Below, in pieces: positions 59,946 through 64,000 of a stretch of 64,000 bases of DNA (its first letter is position 1; each line of letters begins with the position of its first letter). The translations under genes were made by a program, and so were the position numbers. The notes under the pieces were generated by a model, which ran no database searches, was not told the DNA's origin, and saw nothing but the letters and a program-made list of their open reading frames with translations. Origin of the DNA: an uncultured Actinomycetes bacterium (GTDB lineage Bacteria > Actinomycetota > Thermoleophilia > Gaiellales > Gaiellaceae); assembly GCA_963711545.1 (NCBI GenBank), contig CAVQEP010000014.1:246598-310597 (forward strand). Reading direction: 5' to 3'.

Positions 59946-60860
59946 GTGAGGGTCTGCGTCGTCGGGGCCGGCTCGATCGGCAGCCTCCTCGCCGCGCACC
60001 TGGCAACGGTGACGGACGTGCTCGTCCTCACACGCCGTGACGAGCATGCGCGCGCCCTCAACGAGAAGGGGCTCCGCGTCAGCGGCCGCCACGATTTCAC
60101 CGCCCGGGTGACGGCGGCATCGAGTGCGAGCGCGTTGCCGGAGTTCGACCTCGGGATCGTCGCGACGAAGGCGACGGGGCTGGACGCGGTCGCGGACTCA
60201 CTCGCGGGGCACGTTCCGGGGGCGACGATCATGACTGTCCAGAACGGTCTCGGGGCGGAAGACGTGATGCGTCGGCGCGGTGACTGGCCGCTCGTGTCGG
60301 CGGTCACCTTCATGAGCGGCACGAAGCACTCGGACACGCACGTCGAGTACATCCTCGACACGCCGACCTGGCTCGGTCCCTACGGGGAGACGCCGTTCGA
60401 GCGCGTTCAGGAGATCGCGGACCTGATGGTCGACTCCGGCCTGAAGGCGGAGGCGATGCCGGACCTCCTGCCGGCGCAGTGGTCGAAGCTGATCTTCAAC
60501 GCCACCGTGAACGGGGTGGCGGCGCTCACCGGACTCCGGCACGATCCGCACTTCGCCGCGGAGTCCGAGCCGTCCGATCTCGGGCATCTCGTCCACGATC
60601 TCGTGAGCGAGGGCAAACGAGTTGCCGCGGCGGCCGGCGTCGAGTTGAACGACGATCCCTGGGAGATGAACGTCCTGGCCACGAAACGCGGCAGCGCCCA
60701 CTATCCGTCCATGCTCGAGGACGTCGACGCGCATCGGCCGACCGAGGTGGAGCTCATCAACGGCGCGCTGGTGCGCGAGGCGGAGCGCAACGGCGTGGAC
60801 GCGCCGCTGCACACGGCCGTCTACCGCCTGGTCAAGGCGAAGGAAGCCTCGTACCGGTGA
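59946..60860 (+). CDS. Ketopantoate reductase (PanE/ApbA) family oxidoreductase, copy 1
   Basis: 304 aa. VCVVGAGSIGS Rossmann motif, QNGLG, PSMLEDV, and EVELINGALV. Confidence 0.85.
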   Translation: MRVCVVGAGSIGSLLAAHLATVTDVLVLTRRDEHARALNEKGLRVSGRHDFTARVTAASSASALPEFDLGIVATKATGLDAVADSLAGHVPGATIMTVQNGLGAEDVMRRRGDWPLVSAVTFMSGTKHSDTHVEYILDTPTWLGPYGETPFERVQEIADLMVDSGLKAEAMPDLLPAQWSKLIFNATVNGVAALTGLRHDPHFAAESEPSDLGHLVHDLVSEGKRVAAAAGVELNDDPWEMNVLATKRGSAHYPSMLEDVDAHRPTEVELINGALVREAERNGVDAPLHTAVYRLVKAKEASYR

Positions 60861-61777
60861 GGGTCTGCGTCGTCGGGTGCGGCGCCGTCGGCTCGCTCTT
60901 CGCAGCCAATCTCGCGCAGCTCGAGGACGTCGAGGTCTGGGCGTTCGATCTCGCGCGCGACCACGTCGACGCCATCAACCGCGACGGACTGCGGCTGAGC
61001 GGTGCGGGAGAGACCGTGGGCCGCCTTCGTGCGACGACGGACGCGGGTGAGATTCCTCCCTGTGACTTCGGCATCGTTGCGACGAAGGCGATGCACACCG
61101 CCGCCGCGATAGCCGCGACCGCTCACGCCTTCGAGGCCGGGTCGGTAGCGACCGTTCAGAACGGCCTCGGGAACGAGGAGGTGATCGCCCAGCACGTCGG
61201 CCGTGTCATCCGCGGCACCACGTTCCCCGCCGGCAAGCTGCTCGAGCCGGGGCATGTCCAGTGGGACGTCAAAGGCGACACGACGCTCGGGCCCTTCGAG
61301 CCGAAGCCCGCGGCACGGCCAGAGATCGAGCGGCTGGCAGAGGCCTGTACGCGCGCCGGGATGCCGACCACCGCTGTCGACGACGCGCGCGGCCCTCAGT
61401 GGCGGAAGGTCATCTTCAACGCGGGCACGAACCCGGTCGGCGCGCTCACCGGCCTCACCCACGGGCGGGTCTGCGAGGACCCTGCTCTCAGGCGCCTGGT
61501 CAGCGGCCTCGTTGAGGAGGGCAAGGCCGTGGCGGCGGCGCAGCACATCGAGCTCGACGCGGATCCCGAGGACCTCATCGACCATGCGGCAAGGCCCGAC
61601 GTGGCGTACGACCACAAGGCCTCGATGCTCCAGGACGTCGAGGCGCGGCGGGCGACGGAGATCGACTATCTGAACGGCGGCATCGTGCGTTTCGGCGAGC
61701 AGCACGGCGTGCCGACGCCGCTCCACCGCACGATCTGGGCGCTCGTGAAAGGGTTGGAAAGCTCATGGCCGAAGTGA
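60857..61777 (+). CDS. Ketopantoate reductase (PanE/ApbA) family oxidoreductase, copy 2
   Basis: GTGA overlap with copy 1. VCVVGCGAVGS, QNGLG, ASMLQDV, and EIDYLNGGIV. Confidence 0.85.
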   Translation: MRVCVVGCGAVGSLFAANLAQLEDVEVWAFDLARDHVDAINRDGLRLSGAGETVGRLRATTDAGEIPPCDFGIVATKAMHTAAAIAATAHAFEAGSVATVQNGLGNEEVIAQHVGRVIRGTTFPAGKLLEPGHVQWDVKGDTTLGPFEPKPAARPEIERLAEACTRAGMPTTAVDDARGPQWRKVIFNAGTNPVGALTGLTHGRVCEDPALRRLVSGLVEEGKAVAAAQHIELDADPEDLIDHAARPDVAYDHKASMLQDVEARRATEIDYLNGGIVRFGEQHGVPTPLHRTIWALVKGLESSWPK

Positions 61778-61809
61778 CCACGTCCGCTGCCTGGCACGGT
61801 GACTGAATC

Positions 61810-62919
61810 GTGACGAGACCGGCGACGAGCCCTGCGGAGGTCGACCGACGCTACGCGCTCGTGCGCGAGGCGATGGCGGTGCACGGGCTCGACGCCGTCC
61901 TCGTCACGGGCTCCGAGTACACGGGCTTCGAGGGCGCCGTCACGTACATGTCCGGCTTCGAGATCGTCCACCGGTACGCGTATGTCCTGCTGCCGCGTGA
62001 GGGAGAGCCCACGATCGTCTTCCCGGCCGAGGCCCGTTACGTCGGGGAGCACGGAACCTCGTGGATCGGAGACCAGGTCTTCGCCGAGCGTCCGGGCGCC
62101 TGGCTCGCCGACCGCCTGAAGGGCAAGCGAGTCGGCGTCTACGGCCTCGACTACGTCTTCACGGTGCGGGACTTCGAGGCGGCGCGGCACGCCGCCGAGC
62201 TCGTCCCGTTCGACGTGGAGTTCGACTTTGCGCGGGCGGTGAAGAGCGACGCCGAGATCGCATCGGTGCGCGACTCCGTGCGCATCAACACGGCCGGCTT
62301 CTGGGAGTTCCTGGAGGCCTACGAGCCGGGAAAGTCGGCTGCAGATGTCCTGGCGCCGGCGGAGCGGCTCTTCGTGGCGGAAGGCTGCGGCCGGCTGACG
62401 ATGAACATGGTGCTCGTCGGCGCCGAGTTCGCGCTCGCCCGCAGCGACACGATTCTCGGGGAGTTCTGTATCCCCTCGCTCGAGATCGCCGGGCCTGGCG
62501 GCCACTGGGTGGAGGTGTCACGCGCGCTCGGCGAGCCGAATGCCGAGGTGAGCCGGATGCTCGAAGCCTACGAGGACTACTTCGAGGCGGCCAAGGCCGG
62601 GCTCCGGGCGGGAGCGACCGCGCACGACGTCCACCGAGCCGTGTCGAAGGGCTTCACCGACCGCGGCTATCACCTCGGCCACGTGACGGGTCACTCGATC
62701 GGCATGACGATGATCGAGCATCCGAAGATCGGCGAGGGAGTCGAGGTCGAGCTGCGGGAGAACATGGTCTTCTCGATGCATCCGCACGTGATCGCGGACA
62801 ACGGCACCGACTGCCTCTACATGCAGGACACCTGGCTCGTGACGGAGGCCGGCGGCGAGCCGCTCGCCGGGCTGCCGATGCGGATCTACGGGGCCGGAGA
62901 GTCGCGGCCCGCGGCTTAG
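61810..62919 (+). CDS. M24 family metallopeptidase (creatinase/prolidase-like), paralog 3
   Basis: 369 aa. Creatinase N-domain, HVTGHSIGMTMIEHP, and FSMHP. Confidence 0.85.
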   Translation: MTRPATSPAEVDRRYALVREAMAVHGLDAVLVTGSEYTGFEGAVTYMSGFEIVHRYAYVLLPREGEPTIVFPAEARYVGEHGTSWIGDQVFAERPGAWLADRLKGKRVGVYGLDYVFTVRDFEAARHAAELVPFDVEFDFARAVKSDAEIASVRDSVRINTAGFWEFLEAYEPGKSAADVLAPAERLFVAEGCGRLTMNMVLVGAEFALARSDTILGEFCIPSLEIAGPGGHWVEVSRALGEPNAEVSRMLEAYEDYFEAAKAGLRAGATAHDVHRAVSKGFTDRGYHLGHVTGHSIGMTMIEHPKIGEGVEVELRENMVFSMHPHVIADNGTDCLYMQDTWLVTEAGGEPLAGLPMRIYGAGESRPAA

Positions 62920-62925
62920 AAGGAC

Positions 62926-63942
62926 CTAGACGACCTCGGCGTGGATCCGGCCGCCGGCGTCCTTGAGGCGGCCGCCGTCGCGGGCCGCGCGTACCGCCAG
63001 GATCTCGGCCATGATCGAGACCGCGGTCTCGGCGGGGCTGTGCGCGCCGAGGTCGAGGCCGGCAGGGCCGCTGATCCGCTCGAGTGCGTCTTCGTCGACG
63101 CCTGCGTCGAGGAGACGCTCCCGGCGGCGCTCCTGATTTCGCCTCGAGCCGAGCGCACCGATGTAGAACGCCTCCGTCTCGAGCGCCCGGGTGAGCAGTG
63201 GAAGGTCGAACTTGTCGTCGTGGGTCAGCACGACGATCGCCGTCGTGTGGTCCGCGCCGACGCGCTCCAGCGCCTCCTCCGGCCAGGCCACGATGATCTC
63301 GTCGGCGTTCGGCAGGCGCTCGGGTGTCGCGAACCTCCCTCGGGCATCGGCGACGATCGTGTGCCAGCCTAGGTGCCGCGCAGTGGCGCAGAGCGCGTCC
63401 GCCGTGTCGATCGCGCCGTAGACGAGGAGCCTCGGCGGCGGGCCGAAGACGTCCGCGAACGTGCGTCTGCCTTCGAGCTCGAGCACCTTGCTGTGGCCGG
63501 CACGAATGAGGACGTCCGTCGAAGGATCTTCACCGTCGCCTACGAGGCGCTCGGTCCCGGCGTCGAGGTCAACGAGCGACACCGCTCGGCGCTGCTCGCG
63601 CGCGACCTCCGCCAGGGAATCAAGCAGTTCGGCGTCCGGCTCTGCGACCCAGACGTCGATCTCGCCGCCGCAGGGCAGCCCGACGCTGAAGGCCAGGTCG
63701 TCGGAGATCCCGAAGGTGAGCAGGCGCGGCTTTCCGCCGCCGAGGACTTCCCTGGCAACCTCCACGACCTCGTTCTCGACGCATCCGCCCGAGACCGAGC
63801 CTGCCAGCTCTCCGCGCTCCGAGACGATCAGCTTCGAGCCGACAGGCCGCGGCGCGGAGCGCCGGGTCGCGACCACGCGGGCCAGGGCGATGCGGTCGCC
63901 ACGCTCCCGCCATCGCTCCAGCTCGGGGAGGATCTCACGCAC
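62926..63942 (-). CDS. XdhC/CoxI family molybdenum-cofactor insertion accessory protein
   Basis: 338 aa. VVATRRSAPRPVGSKL...GSVSGGCVE N-domain and a Rossmann-like C-domain. Convergent with the preceding cluster. Confidence 0.9.
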   Translation of the reverse strand: MREILPELERWRERGDRIALARVVATRRSAPRPVGSKLIVSERGELAGSVSGGCVENEVVEVAREVLGGGKPRLLTFGISDDLAFSVGLPCGGEIDVWVAEPDAELLDSLAEVAREQRRAVSLVDLDAGTERLVGDGEDPSTDVLIRAGHSKVLELEGRRTFADVFGPPPRLLVYGAIDTADALCATARHLGWHTIVADARGRFATPERLPNADEIIVAWPEEALERVGADHTTAIVVLTHDDKFDLPLLTRALETEAFYIGALGSRRNQERRRERLLDAGVDEDALERISGPAGLDLGAHSPAETAVSIMAEILAVRAARDGGRLKDAGGRIHAEVV

Positions 63943-64000
63943 GGCGCAATCGTAGCCCTGCGGTCGAGATCAAGGCGTGATGCTCAGTGGCAGCGGCAGA

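Overview
This is a visibly GC-rich, Actinomycetota-like chromosomal segment (GC not computed; class-level placement needs a 16S database search). Gene boundaries come from the ORF track plus my own reading of start codons, RBSs and stop/start overlaps.

Left to right:
- 5' part of a class A penicillin-binding protein (3' end runs off the window), then an S9 peptidase and tyrS.
- One complete rrs-rrl-rrf operon, with boxA/boxB-like leader elements, processing stems and a strong terminator.
- A minus-strand block: 2TM protein, acyltransferase-3, M24 peptidase, HtpX and a small conserved ORF.
- An ArsR / CDF-like transporter pair followed by an SQR-like flavoprotein, a large LuxR (LAL) regulator and a DsrE-like protein.
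- Histidine phosphatase, SDR, dgt-dnaG and tRNA-Asn.
- A decayed small-ORF and tRNA-fragment region.
- A YfcC-family transporter, PepD and a ZIP transporter.
- An arginine deiminase operon (arcABC) preceded by a YfcC pseudogene remnant, then a P2-type ATPase and NhaC.
- A truncated S53 peptidase and an atypical hypothetical gene.
- A roughly 23 kb hydrolase- and oxidoreductase-rich block: xanthine-dehydrogenase-family FAD/FeS/Mo subunits with CoxG, GNAT, LLM oxidoreductase, M20, FAH, M24, HMGL-like synthase, CrtI-like flavoprotein, a frameshifted TIM-barrel isomerase, a 5-gene LivKGFHM-type ABC importer, M32 carboxypeptidase, two tandem PanE-like reductases, another M24, and a convergent XdhC.

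Two headline observations:
1. The 23S rRNA gene is interrupted at 9212..9957 by a 746-nt insertion. It has group I intron hallmarks (U.G at the 5' splice site inside a P1 pairing, terminal G, GNRA hairpins) and an intact single-motif LAGLIDADG homing endonuclease ORF.
2. The SQR-like flavoprotein ORF continues upstream, in frame, through a single TGA at 16667. That TGA sits exactly at the first Cys position of a thioredoxin-fold CxxC motif (FWKST-TGA-QGC). An 8-bp hairpin with a GUC loop follows about 20 nt downstream. This makes it a candidate selenocysteine (UxxC) thioredoxin-SQR fusion.

Other notes: tRNA fragment junctions next to tRNA-Asn, several decayed genes, and pervasive 4-nt stop/start overlaps. 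I saw no CRISPR array, transposase, integrase or recognisable defence system.
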